From: Podarcis bocagei
Taxonomy: Eukaryota
Assembly (NCBI GenBank): GCA_964188305.1
Contig: OZ076886.1
Reading direction: 5' to 3' (one strand)
Length of the DNA: 64,000 nt
Part shown: one piece after another, positions 1-13,050 of the stretch
Position numbering within the stretch: position 1 is the first letter of the stretch
Layout of the letters: every line of letters starts with the position of its first letter
Notes under the pieces: generated by a model
Told to the model about the DNA's origin: nothing
The model's database searches: none
What the model saw: the letters and a program-made list of their open reading frames with translations, nothing else
Position numbers and translations under genes: made by a program

Positions 1-1634
1 ACTTCATTAATGACCCTTAGAATGTAACCTGTACTGAGATACTGAAATATTTTTTAAATGGTGAATCAATTGATTTATTAGTTAAATGCAAGGCTGCTGA
101 TTGACTACAACCTTTAATAAGTTGACCGCTCTAATTGCTGGCAAATTTAGTGAAAGAGGACTTCATCCTAGCTAGCACATTTTTTCTTTTGTTTGACAAG
201 CGTCCATAGTAAGAATGCCTATTTAAGGCATCAAAGACCACCCAACTGCATCTATATAATGGTATCTCCCCCATTTATTTAAGTATGTTTTCCTGTTGTG
301 TATTAATTTCCATTCATTACTGTAGTATGGAGGTAGGGTGAGTGAACAATCTTGTTTCTGCTGTGGGCTCATTCCATCACAGGTCATGGCAGGGTGAGAG
401 TGGGTGGAGCTAGTGATGACTATAGGCAGAGCCAGAGACAGAAGTATACTGGAATAACTAAAATAAATATAGGTCACCGGCTTCAATTTTCACAATGGCT
501 GCCACATGTTAGAATACCCAATTTTTGCATGTGTCCCCAGAAGTGGAGCCTACTGGGTTTGATGAGGTTACTCTCAAATATACAGAGGCTTTAAAAAAGA
601 AGAAGAAATACAACAGATCAACACAGCTATTGTTCTAGTGACAGTACTTTCTGACTTTTGTGTGTGTCTCCCCCCCCCCCACTTGTGCGGGTGTGTTGCA
701 GCTGCCTACCAGTCTGTTTTCAGATAGTTTCAGTGCAGGGGTGAGAACATCTCCCCTAAGACATACGACAAGAAAAAACAAGTAAACCAAGAACAACATC
801 AACTTCTTCATACCACAGAGGGGAGGAAAACAGTTTATAAAGCCAGAATAACTAGTAAGGAGACAAAATGGGAGGCAGAAATTCTGATAGGAGTTGGGGG
901 TTTAGGATTTAGTGCTTAGGAGTTGTTAAAGCCTGGAAGTTGACATCTTTCATTGTTATTGCCAGTGACTGCCATCTCATCTCCATATTCCTCATACTTT
1001 TAAAATGCACTGAAAGGATATTACGATTGAATAATACTAACAACACTAGTATCATTACTAGGGCCATTTTTCTATTAAGTAAAATGCATAATGATGGTAG
1101 AAGCAGCAGTTTTGCAACCCAAGATGCAGGGCCACAGGTGAGAGAAGCAATGAAGCTGCAAGATTACCTTGAGAGAACATTTAGTGTTTAATGCCTTAGC
1201 TGAAATCACACGCACTCCCTGTACAGTATTACATGCACAAATGTTTTTCATCATAAACACATTTTGGAATTCTGTAAATTATAGTATGTGGGAGCCAGAA
1301 TTGTGACAGTGAAAAATATGCCAATTTGTCGTCCCCAAATGCATAACTGTTTCAAGTAGTAGGGAAATATGATCATTTCCGGAATTCTGTAGTTGTGACT
1401 GCCAGCCGTCAGACTCCATGGAAATGGCGGCTTCATTTTCTCCTCTGTACCCTTGTTGTGTGATGAAAGTTTCAAGCGGCATGTTTTAGAAGACAGATAA
1501 TGACTTTGCTTTTTGGTGGAATAATTTTGTGTTAAGTTTATGCCTATTTTTTTGGCTCATTGGTCTGGTGTGTTAGAACTGTGAGAAGACCGTCTTTATC
1601 CATGTGGTACATGTGGACAGACAATTTTATATAA

Positions 1635-1826
<192 letters not shown>

Positions 1827-2114
1827 TAAATAATGTTTAAATGATGTGGGCTGGGAAGATTGTCAACCTATGTAAAATGATTACATAGTTCTTTCGGAAA
1901 GTTACGTTTTGCATTTTATCGTTGTTCTTGGCATTGTATTTTGATGTATTTTCTGTGAGTCGCTTTGGTTCACCCTTTGAATGGGGAAAGGTATTTCTAT
2001 ACTGCTAGGTCATAAAATATATGGGAAATATGCTACATTAAAACAGAGAACTAGATAGTAGCAAGATGTGGATTTTATACCTTCAGCGTTAGAAATGCAG
2101 GAGTAGGCTAGAAT

Positions 2115-2261
2115 CAGTGCTTTTTTACTGGGGGGACGCAGGGGTATGCATACCCTTAAACATTTTGTGAATCTAAGTTTGGCCTCATTGAGGGGCAGTA
2201 TTTCAATATAAGTAGGAAAATGAGAGTACCCCTAAACATTTTTTAAAAGAAAAAAGCACTG
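2115..2261. mobile_element. hAT-type MITE (147 bp)
   Basis: TIRs CAGTGCTTTTTT / AAAAAAGCACTG; 8-bp TSD gctagaat (2107-2114) / gctaggat (2262-2269). Confidence 0.85.
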
Positions 2262-2921
2262 GCTAGGATTATTTTAAGCCATAAGTGTTTGTGTATTTGT
2301 GTTGATTTCCCTTATTTTTAATATTTAGATCTTCCATATGAGATAATGGAATTATTAGGCTAATAAGCACCCTATGCATACCTACTCAAAAGTGCATCTC
2401 ACATAGTTAAATGGGGCTTACATAAGGTTTATAATTCTAAACACACAAGTAGAAAGCCTCACTGAACACAGTGGGTCTCACTTTTGTGTAAACATGCATA
2501 GGACAGCCCTGTTAATTATGCACTTTTTGACTATCAGTGTGCCATATAATTAAGAAAAATGTAAATAGCGAAAAAAAGCCCAATTGTTTCAATATTTTCA
2601 GTTTAGAGATTACTTAAACATGGAGTAAAAGATGGAACATTCAGAACAGCTTTAACTGACTTTGAAAAGCTAGTAAATAACCATTAAATTCTTAAAGGAC
2701 TATTATCCAAAATTTATTGTCAATTGTTCCGTTAATTACCACTCTGGACTTAATTTGAAGCTAAGTTGGAAAAAATGCTTGATAGAACTCTTACAGCGTA
2801 TGGTTGGAACAAAATCTTTGCTAAGCTTTTACCCATATTCAATTTCTGTAATATGAAAGAGAGTCATTAGGAAACTATTCATAGGTCATTTCCTAACTGC
2901 CCATAGGTTGGATAGAGTAGT

Positions 2922-3323
2922 CCTTCTTCCTTGGTGATCACTCGTAGCCAAGTAAGATTTTCTTCCATAAACACGGTTTTAACGATGAGTCCGTAAGTGA
3001 CTGTGGGGGCCAAGTCCTTCCATAGTGGCAACATTGGTTTCTGGGTGGGAGTTGATCGCGGTGTGGATTGCACGTTTCTACCTTGTGTTCTGAATTTGAG
3101 TGTCTTCAGAGCTCATGACACCTTTGGTAAAAGCTGTTCTCCAATTGGAGCACTCGCAGGCAAGTGTTTCCCTATTGTTGGTGCTTATACTCCATTTTTA
3201 AAAATTTGCCTTGAGACAGTCTTCCAACCTCTTTTGCTGACCACCAGTGTTACACTTTCCATTTTTATGTTCAGAATAGAGTAGTTTCTTTGGAAGACGA
3301 TAATCGGGCATCTGCACAACATG
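2922..3323 (-). mobile_element. RTE-clade LINE, 5'-truncated 3' end
   Basis: Minus strand encodes degenerate HVVQMPDYRLPKKLLYSE...GGQQKRLEDCLKANF and a C-terminal ...HSHLRTH zinc-finger-like remnant, followed by a GAA-rich tail. Confidence 0.75.
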
Positions 3324-6300
3324 CTTTACCCTCTGCATATTTTTCTGTTTATTAATTTAAAACCTTTATATGCCACCTTATATCAATGATTTCAAGGCAG
3401 TTTGCAAAAACAAAAACAAGTAAAGCAAATAGTGTTGGGAACACTCTGGTCCCAATAGCTGGGACATACTCAGGTGTGTGAGGGTAGATGAGAAAGATAT
3501 GTTGTTGCAGCAGTTGATCATTTCTGACCTGTTCCAGAGTTCCCAACTTCTGGCATGGGGATTGGCTCCAGGATGAGGGAGAATTGTTGGGTCTTCCAGA
3601 AGAGTCCCAGAGGACCAGCAGGCAGAGTCAGCAGTAGAACAGGGAGCGACTGATAAGATAATTGCTCCAGCAAAGCCCCATGGTGGTCTGTCTTACTGCC
3701 TGATAAGCAGCATCTCCTGACCCACCCTGCACTGCTGCATGCTTAGAGTAGGAGCATTGAGGAGAAGACCTGGTGGTCCAGCAGTTTTTGTAGTGGATGC
3801 AGTGTTGAACTTCAGTGCAGACTCGAATATCTAGGGCTAGACTAACTTACCTCAGTGGGTAAGATCCTACACTTTCCTGAGCTCCTTGGAGGAATGTGCA
3901 ATAAATAAATAAAGTGAAGGCCATATTTATGACCGCAGGTTTGTATTTCCCTCACAGTTAATGTCATGTTACCTGGAAGCGGAACAGTTTTGTTTGACTA
4001 GCTTTTGTTTTCCAGGCCATATAATTTCTGCTATTTCCACATGGAATTTGCAGATTTCTACACAGCATTCTTAAGGGCCTTCCATCTGTTTCCCTTCCGT
4101 CTCTGCCACTGTTGCCTCGTATTTATTAAACATCGGTTATTCTGTAAGAATATCCTCCAGTCAGACATGCTCTCGCAAACAGGGCAATCTAGCGTGAACA
4201 GCCAGGACCGCAGTCTGTCAAAGCAACAGTTTGTGCTTACCTACGTGCTGCCAGTTTGCAACTCCCCCAAGATGTGAGCTGATTTTCATATGGTAATGCT
4301 CTTGCATGTTCTGTCAGAAGAGCAATCAGGAGCTTGTGTAGGTGACTAGGTAGGACATAAGAGGGGTTGTTGATCTCTTGACTCGTAAAGACATTCTGTC
4401 AGGCAAGCCCAGCCTCACAGCAGTCGAGCTTTCCGTGTGTAAACAGAGACTGCTTAATTACACAGGTCATGTCAATTAGCGTGACCTTCGCATTTTAAAG
4501 AAATTAATCACTTTCGGCAGAGCAAATCACTCCTCATACTTTAATATTCAGCGTGGCGGTAAAGTGTGCAGAAATGCATTAAGTGACAGAGCATTCCTAT
4601 TTTTATGAATAATGGTTCAGTTTAATCGTTGGTCCCACCCCAAGTCTTTGGACTTGTTGCTTGAACATTACAGCAAACAAAATAAGGATGCCTGTTGATG
4701 CTGTATATTTATTTTGGTCTAGCAAGAAGTGCACCTGGAAAAAAATGAGTTTGGGCGGGGAGGATAAGCTTGCTGAAGTCCCTCACAGTGTCCCACAGAG
4801 TCCCTCCTACATCTCACACCAAATACAACCAATGTAATAGGGTAGGCGCTTCTTTTCGTATTGGAGGCTCCTTGCATGGGATTAGCTGCTCCCACCTGGC
4901 TATGTCATGGCTTCCTTTTTGTGACGCATCAAGTTCCTCCTGTCTTCCATCTAGCAAACAGCTCCTTTCAAGTAAACTCCAGCATAACTCAGCAGTTCTA
5001 ATTAAAGAGTTGGTTGCAGAGGTGAGGAAGTAGAAAGAACCAGGGTGCCAAATGGAATTAGATGGCATATATCCTCTGTCATACAGCAGGATGATGTATT
5101 ACATCCTGGGCCTACCGGGAGACAGGTATGTAGCCCATCTTAAGTTGTTAATTGGGGACCAATATAACTTTGGAGAGATAATGAAGAAAGGTGGGGTTGC
5201 ATAGTGTTGCTAGCCAGGTAATGGAGGCAGCTGAGGTCATCAACCCTATCAAAAACCACTCCATCCAAAGTAGGTGAGACCATAGCACTGTGTCTGTTCA
5301 CACAGGAAATAACTGCACTACTGTTGGTGATATCGTGCTAAAAATTTTAAAACAACACCTTGGATTCTCAGGAATAAATTACTGGGTGAATTATGTCGTT
5401 ACTGGGGGGAAGTACCTGTTGCATCATCACAAAATGACAACTGAAAAGATTATTGGTTTGCTCCTTCTCTGGGTTTGCTACAATTCATTATTGGCAAATG
5501 TATGGTTAGAATTTTGCCTATCAGTCAGGCAGACAACTGACAATACAGGAATGAGATTGCTGGAAAAACAGGCGCCTGTGTTTTCTGTAAATTTCTAAGA
5601 GTATGCTGAAGTGTGTAATTAAAAGTACTAATGGGCTGGTTCACAATGAGCTCAGTTTTCTGAACATCTTCTAAAAATGACTGAAGACTCTTTTTAAAAA
5701 CAATGGCCAATTTTGATAGAGTTTCAAAGTTGGGGGGGGGGGGAGGTTCATTACTGCACAGGCACCAGCCAGTCAGCACTGTGCACAGCCAGCTTCTGCT
5801 GTTGCATTGCAGAACTGCCTCCTTCCTCCACAAGCTTGTGCCTGTATGTTAGTTCTGAGAAACAAAAGGTGGATTTTCCTGAATGGTACATCCAAACCCA
5901 GAGAGAGCCTCAGATACTTCTATTCCTCTGATTTGAGTAGCGTTGTTGCTGTTTCACTGCTTCACAAGATACGCAAATGGCTTTTTATATATCTAATTTT
6001 AAAGAACAGCAAGAGGAGACTGCATGTTAGTAGTCTCAAAGCCTCTACCTAAATTTAGGCTGGGCCTTTAATATCCTGCTAAAGCTGGGACTTGAGTCAA
6101 AATAATAATAGATGTGTACTGCGAGGAGTAGTCTGCCCAAAAGTTATTCCAGCCTCTTCCACACAGTGTTTAGAAGTGTAAACAAAAGTATAAATTTGCT
6201 TCCAGTAAAAATGGAGATTACTGAAAATACCAGGAATGTGCATAAACTAATTGGCTAGTGAAACCTAATGGGCTGTGGTTAAAAATGAGGAGTAATGTGA

Positions 6301-8515
6301 TTCCTAATCTTGAAATATTGGGTGGTGCACCCTAACAAATAAATAGGCTCCGTTAACCAACTCAGATAAACAGATTGATTTCTTAACCTCTAGTTTTCAT
6401 TTCCAGAAGATTTTTTAGCTTCCAGAACATTTGCAACTGAGCTATTTAATAATGCAAAAGAAGGATGTACACAGAGGAATGCAAATAACAGTAAATTTAG
6501 GATACACAAATTTAACTAACACCCCCCCCCCCACACACAATCTGATATTTTTATTAGCAGTCTGCTAACCTGCAGTGCTGCACATACATTTGAAAACTAA
6601 CAATCTATGAAGATCTGATGCTAAAGCCAATTTTCCTCCCCTCTATGTTTGCCTGTCCCAAATTAAAAACTGCATTTTCTTCACAACATTTCGATAGGTT
6701 TGAGATTTGGCAGGCCTGCCTGTCCCCGTGTTTATATGAGTTTGTCAGCACCTCATTAATCAATTTTTAAACTGCAATATGCTTCCCCCCTCATGTGTTG
6801 GCCTGTTGTTGTTTTTTCAAAGTTGCTTCACTGCCTGCTCTACACCTCCTGCTCTCATTTTTTTAAAAGCTGAAACAAAAGTTGTTTCCTTTACAAATTA
6901 GTTTTGCATGTGCTTTGATTGAAACGCATCCCACTCATTAAAAAAATAAAATAAATTGTTTCCTTTTCAAGAAATACACGCAAACCATATTTGGAACACA
7001 CTTGCTCCCGAGAAGTCCTGTTGACTATAGTAAGATTATTCTAAAGTAAATGGATTTGTGGATTTTAGCCATAAACTTGTGAAGGCTGTTTGGAAAGTAT
7101 TCAGTGCATATTAGATATTACTTTTTGCTTAGGCAGAGGACATTAATATTTAAATAACACGTAGGCCAAATATTTCTTTTCCCTTTATAGTAATCAAACT
7201 TTTGAATTCTCTCCCTCTCTCTGTCTGTCTCTCTAAAAAGAATCAGTAGAGAGTTTCTTCTTTTCCTACAGGTGCACTGTGAATAATCACTTCTTAAAGT
7301 AGACCACCACTTAACCACTTTTATTTTTTTCACATTTCCTGACCCTAGAAACAGTTTCTCTAGGGGATTCCTTTTATAGTATTTTCTCTTAATGACTCCA
7401 AAAGAGCCCAGCCCACCCCCAGCATGGCATCTTTGTAGTAAATCAAATTCTATTCAAGGGAACTAGGTAGCAACAGTCTGTTACTGCAATTCAAAACATA
7501 TTTTAAAGATGAATGGCTTAGGTTGAGTGCCTGATGTTGCGGATGTTGTGGGCAGGGAAAGTTAAGTAACTGATCTCAGTGAGATTACGCTGGTAACTAA
7601 AGTTGCTCACTGTTCATGCGCTCCTATGAACAAAATAGTTTGCACTGAAGGTCCGGGGCCCTTGTCATAGAATTGTTTGACATTGTATTTTATTTCTTTT
7701 AAACAAAATATTTCTTAAGTGGTTATGTTTTTAAAACCTTTCTTGGACTTGGGTCCCCAAAACACACTTTTCTGTTCCTTTTTTTCTGTCTCTTATACTT
7801 TGTATTTAGATACCATTTTCAGGTGGTTAAGGTCTTAACAAGAAGAAGGGTTATTGAAAGTGGCTTTAAAAATCCACAGGGGGAAAAAGGAAATATAAAA
7901 GGACAGCTGAAAGTTTGGTGAATTCTCAATGCATTTTGAGTATGTCTTTTATCGGGGGCAAAATGCTCATATTTGTTCCTTAATCAGCCTTCTTAAAGCA
8001 GTGGTAGCATGTAGCTTTTATGGAGCAGTTTTTCTTACGAAGGAGCAAAAATGATAATTTTCCTTTGATGAAGCCATACTCAAAATGTGCTGGGAACTTA
8101 ACAATCCTTGAAGCTGCCTTTTTGTGTTTGCTTTTTTCAGTGGAAGTTTTCCCCATCTGAGAAATCCTGTAGCTTGCTGTGGCCTCCATCCCTGAGGTAG
8201 GTGCCAGGCGAAAACGCTGTGCTTCAACCAGGCCTTTGGCCGATGGACATCTGATGTTATGGGAGGGGGGATTATTGGCTTGTTTTTGTTCTTAATTTTA
8301 TTGTATATTTTATGTTGTAATTTTGTGTTGTGAACCTCCCTGAGATCTATGAATAAAGTTAGTAATTTTAGTAATAAAAATAAAAGGTAGGCTAGACACT
8401 GGAGAAAATGTCCTGAGGGTATTCCTCTCTAATAGCCCTATGCTCTGGGACAGCAGTAGGACAGTGTCATAGTCTGTGAGATTCTTTAAGCTTGTGTCTT
8501 TAGCTTGACTATTTA

Positions 8516-8899
8516 AAGTAAGGTAAAAGGTAAAGGACCCCTGGATGGTTAAGTCCAGTCAAAGGCAACTATGGGGTGCAGCGCTCATCTCACTTCAGGT
8601 CGAGGGAGCCGGCGTTTGTCCACAGACAGCTTTCTGGGTTGTGTGGCCAGCATGACTAAACCGCTTCTGGCACAACGGAACACTGTGACGGAAGCCAGAG
8701 TGCATGGAAATGCCGTTTACCTTCCTGCCACAGCGGTACCTATTTATCTACTTGTACTGGCATGCTTTCAAACTGCTAGGTTAGCAGGAGGTGGGACAGA
8801 GCAATGCGAACTTACCCCATCATAGGGATTCAGTGCTGACCTTACGATCAGCAAGCCCAAGAGGCTCAGTGGTTTAGGCCACAGCACCACCTGCGTCCC
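8516..8899 (-). mobile_element. Sauria SINE, near full length
   Basis: (ACCTTT)n tail seen as aaggtaaaaggtaaagg; tRNA-like head gggacgcaggtggtgctgtgg on minus; TSD gcttgactattta (8503-8515) / gcttgactcttta (8903-8915). Homologous to the copies at 49820 and 52033. Confidence 0.9.
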
Positions 8900-8919
8900 T
8901 GTGCTTGACTCTTTAGCAG

Positions 8920-9030
8920 AGGCTGGATGGGCATCTGTCATGGATACTTTACTTGAGATTCCTGCATTGCAGGGGGTTGGACTAGATGACCTTCAGGATC
9001 CCTTCCAACTCTACAATTCTTTGATTCTAT
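8920..9030 (+). mobile_element. CR1 LINE 3' end fragment
   Basis: ggggttggactagatgacc...cccttccaactctacaattctttgattctatg, a typical CR1 3' UTR with ATTCTATG-type terminal repeat. Confidence 0.8.
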
Positions 9031-9471
9031 GTGTCAAGAAAGATAAAGGCACTAGGACAGGAAATCACTACCTATCCTCATAACAGCATGTGACTACTTC
9101 CTGGTTGCCATGGTCCTTGCAATAAGTTCCTTATGCGGGCTTCTACTATAAAGATGTGGGGAATAGGATTCTGTATAGCTCAGTATTGGAAGGAAGGGAT
9201 ACTTCCAGCTCAATATGCAAAAAGTTGACCTACAATGAGAATAATATTTGGCTAGCACAGTTGTTGTAGTTTATGGACCTTTTTTTGGTACACAGTTATA
9301 TGTTTTTCTTGGTGTTTCTGCTTGATACGTCTATAATTTTTTTAAAAAGAAAAGTTGGCTAAGTGCTTTCCTAGGCGTCACATTCTAACTTGGCAGCTGT
9401 TATTAAAAGTATTGTTACAAAATTTTAGGGTGCCTGGTCTCCCCTTCTAATATCTGGAACCCCAGCCCCAG

Positions 9472-10012
9472 TGCCGGACGTTGAATTTAGCTTGTTAAAA
9501 TATAAGCCAGGCTGGCTCACTGATGACGCAATCGCCTGGAGAGATGGGCCATCAAAAGAGCAGAAGGTGAAGACCTATTAAGAAAGCCATCAGCAAAGCT
9601 AAGACCGTGCCAGCTGGGAAATGGGTGAAGCCCCTCCCTGAGGTCCGAGTTGGGTAGAAGAACAAAGGCCATTAGTAGAGTTTCAGGATTGCAGTTTGCC
9701 TGATATAAGCAAGAGGAGAAATAGTTGCATTTGGCAAGCAGCTTGCAGGCTGCAGAACGGGAGGGTCACAGCAGTGTGGGCTGGCAGTTTGAATCCAAGG
9801 TGGCAGCCTTGTGAGAAACAGGGCCCTCTTGGAGTGTAATCTTGAGAGCTCCCCCATCCTAGGCTCAGGTTGTATATATGTGGAAATAAACTATACAGTA
9901 TATATTATAAAGACACCACAGTCTCCACTGTGCTTCATTTCCAAACCCTGGATAAGCGCCTGGAACCCCTGGAATCTCACAGTGCTGTGGGGATTATGGC
10001 AGCGTAGCAATA
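9472..10012 (+). mobile_element. Putative solo LTR (boundaries approximate)
   Basis: About 540-bp compositionally distinct block with TATA-like gatataag (~9702) followed by AATAAA (~9885). Termini and TSD are not clean. Confidence 0.4.
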
Positions 10013-10733
10013 TGTACATGTTGCTGTTCTTGCTTCAGCTAGCTGGAAATGTTGCTGGCCTCTGTCTGTGGGAATGAAAGTGACTTCTTCGCTCTCCCTG
10101 GTATTGGTAAAAGGGATCACTGGATTGCTACATGAGAAACTGGGCTCTCTGAAGCAAAGCACTTCATTTCTGTTTGGTTAGTTCTCAAAATAGTCTCCAT
10201 GAGCACATAAGTGAGCTGGGCAGAGCAATTTGAAGCTCTGATTTAGGCCATTGGGATGTAATGAATCAGTGGATGCACCACTGCATCTGAAGCCCTGCCA
10301 CTCATGTCGGCTAGAGTATTAGGAGAAAGCAGTTGTGTAACTTTTTTCCTGTGCCAGCTCCAGGCTGATGCAGTTTAGATGGCCAAATTGGGTCCCTCAA
10401 TGGGAAACAGGTCAGCTTTGGAGACAGCCAATCTAGTGTTGGCCCAGTTCTGCTCCTGCTCCACCTCTGTTTCCCTGCTTTGGAGATTTACAATGGCTGT
10501 TCTTGTGCTTTCAGAGCATGCAGCCGTAGCCTTTGTGGTAGTGCAGCTCTGTTGCTGGCAGAGCCCATTGGAGGGACACCTCTGCCTCATCCTAACCCCT
10601 TCCAGCAACAGGGTCAGGGATAAGGATTGCTTGGTAACAAATGAAATAACACATTTTCCCCACCCCTACCTTCCTTTTTGCACTTGTAAGGCATGGAATA
10701 GAGGTGGGGAGAAAAGGTTAGAAAGGACTGCCA

Positions 10734-11875
10734 TGTGCTGAGCAGCCTGCTTTATGGAAGTGAGTCATTATCAGAAGCCGGAGTCAGAGGCAGGTCAGCA
10801 ATAAAACATCCAGTGTCAGTGAAGTTAACTCTTTATTCAAAGAAACTAAAACGGTGCAGGCCTAGTGATCACAGCAGCTCTTTCCAGCAGGTCTTGCCCC
10901 ATTGAGGCAGTTGCAAAGACTGAAGATGCCCATCTTCCCATTGCTCTTTAAGGCTCCCCCCCCAGTTCCTTCCCCAGCAGCCAAAGGCTCCTTCGCCTTG
11001 TCTCTCTTTCCTCTACCCTCTTCATTTCTCTATGTGTTCTGGGAGACTGGGCAGAAGGGAAGCTGGAGCAGGAGCGGGAGATTCCCTGCTTTTTCAGTTG
11101 CCTACCTCCACTCTGCTTCTTGACCACACTCTGCTTCTGCCTCAGATTCTTGACTGCTCTATGCTACAGACTCTTCCCAGTCACTAAACCCTGTTACCTC
11201 TTCAGCTTCAGACACCTCATCCCAGTCTGCTTCCCTCTGACCACTCATCATCATCATCATCCCACCACCAGTCCCCTGGCTCTGAGCCGCCTTCTGCTGA
11301 GGGTTCCCTTGTTGGTTCTCCAACTGGTGCCCCCCTCCCACTCCTCTGCATCCAACCAGTCCATGACAGTTGTGAGCAACTTGCAGCCATTAGGAGCAAT
11401 GCCTTCACACCTTCCATATGTGCTGTGTCAGGAAGATGTTGGACACCACTTCTTTCAAACAAAGATGCCCTCTCCCAAGCCCCCATCCCCACTATGTTCG
11501 CATTCCTGTCTCAGCGTTGTCTGCGCTGGCTTGGTCATGTCCACAGAATGGAAGATGGCAGGATCCCCAAGGATGTGCACTATGGGGAACTGGTTTCAGG
11601 CATTCAGCCCATTGGCAGACCAAAGATGTCTGCAAACATGACATGAAGGCAAGTATCATCAACCCCACCGTTTGGGAATTCCTTGTAGGCAACCGCAGTG
11701 CCTACTTCTGCAGCAGCACAACCTGACGCCTTCATCTGCCCCAGCTGCAGCAAAACATGTCTCTCCCATATTGGTCTCTATGGCCACAGCAAGCACTGTA
11801 ACCTTCAAACAATTTTACTTCACCCCCAAAAGGTACACTCCTCCATTGTTTCCCAAGACCGACAGGTGCCAACAA
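10734..11875 (+). mobile_element. RTE-clade LINE 3' fragment (10734-10768 + 11369-11875) split by a solo LTR
   Basis: VLSSLLYGSES before the LTR continues as ...HTFHMCCVRKML...LSQRCLRWLGHVHRMEDGRIPKDVHYGEL...CPSCSKTCLSHIGLYGHSKHC after it; caacaa tail. Confidence 0.85.
10769..11368 (-). mobile_element. Solo LTR (~600 bp) of an LTR retrotransposon inserted in an RTE LINE
   Basis: Minus strand begins TGTCATGG and ends CTGATA (decayed TGACA); internal ttaaa and AATAAA signals in the expected order; 5-bp flanks gtcat / gttgt. Confidence 0.75.
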
Positions 11876-12299
11876 TGGGCATGTGATACATTATGTAGGA
11901 GCTATCATTTAAAGCTACCCTATTAAAGCAATTCAGTATTATACACACACCATTAAATGTTCACCAGCTATTGTTATGCAAAACAAGTTATGGACAAATG
12001 CCCTTTTGGAGTATGCATGTAATCTTGCCCATGTAGACTTTTCTCACACTGGAAAACTGTTTCTATGGATTGTGGTTGTAGGGAAGATTGAAACTGACTT
12101 AAACAGTGAAATGGAATATAACATAGGAATATCAAAAGTCCTTCTCACGTGTCTAGGGCTTTTCCTTCAGAATTCAAGTTCCCAAAACTTGTCAAATAAT
12201 TTTGACCCTGTTTTAACCCAATGGGTTTTTCCTTTTTAAACCACACTGTGAAATGAGCTAACAAGATTCCGGCAGACTATTTTTGGGCACAAATCATTT

Positions 12300-13050
12300 T
12301 ATGTTCACAATCTTAAAGGCCTTATTAAGTTTGATGGGGGGTGGGGAGGGATTGCTTTGCTGGAACTGCTCGACTAAGCAATGTTGTAGGTCAAGATCTG
12401 ACAAAACATGTTTTTTAAGAATTTTATTAGAGTTAATAAAGTGTTATTTGGAGAGTTTTGTTTCGATTGCCTTCCCCTTTCTACCCAGTTCAAGCAATGT
12501 AAGGCAATTCTTTGCAAGCAAATCTCCCTGCTCAGGCAACTTTGAGAGGGTAGCAGCTTCCTTGGAGAGTTGAAGCAATGTTTGCCAATCCTTGTAAAGC
12601 ATTTCACCTCTTCAGAGGCTAAAGCCTCTCAATACCAAGAACAATTAAAGCAAGAGCCTTTTGGAACGACTGGGGAATTCAGCAAAATAAATCAGAAATC
12701 CTCTGCCTTGGCTCTGGAGGGTTGCCTCATTATAAGAGCAGATCTATTAGCCCCCTTGCCATTGTCTTTCATTTCTCAAGTGAGGTGATTCTAATTAAAT
12801 TAATCTGCATGTCAATCTATCGGTGATCAATCAAAGGGGCCGAGGTCCCCCTTTGCGGCAGTGTGCTTGCGGCTGACAGGGCCTGATAATGGAGGAAGAA
12901 ATAAACTGTCGAGCAAAGTTAATTAGTCAACATAATAGGTGGATTAAACAGGAGCCGGCTGATTGCTGTTTCACATGTTGAAGCATGAGGTGGGAGCTGA
13001 AACTGCAATTAACAGACAATTATTATATTTGGTTGTAAGAGGTCGCATGA
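12300..13050. promoter_or_regulatory. Candidate conserved non-coding element / enhancer
   Basis: Repeat-free and retains CpGs; clustered P3 homeodomain, PBX, TCF/LEF and MEIS motifs. Conservation was not testable here. Confidence 0.5.
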
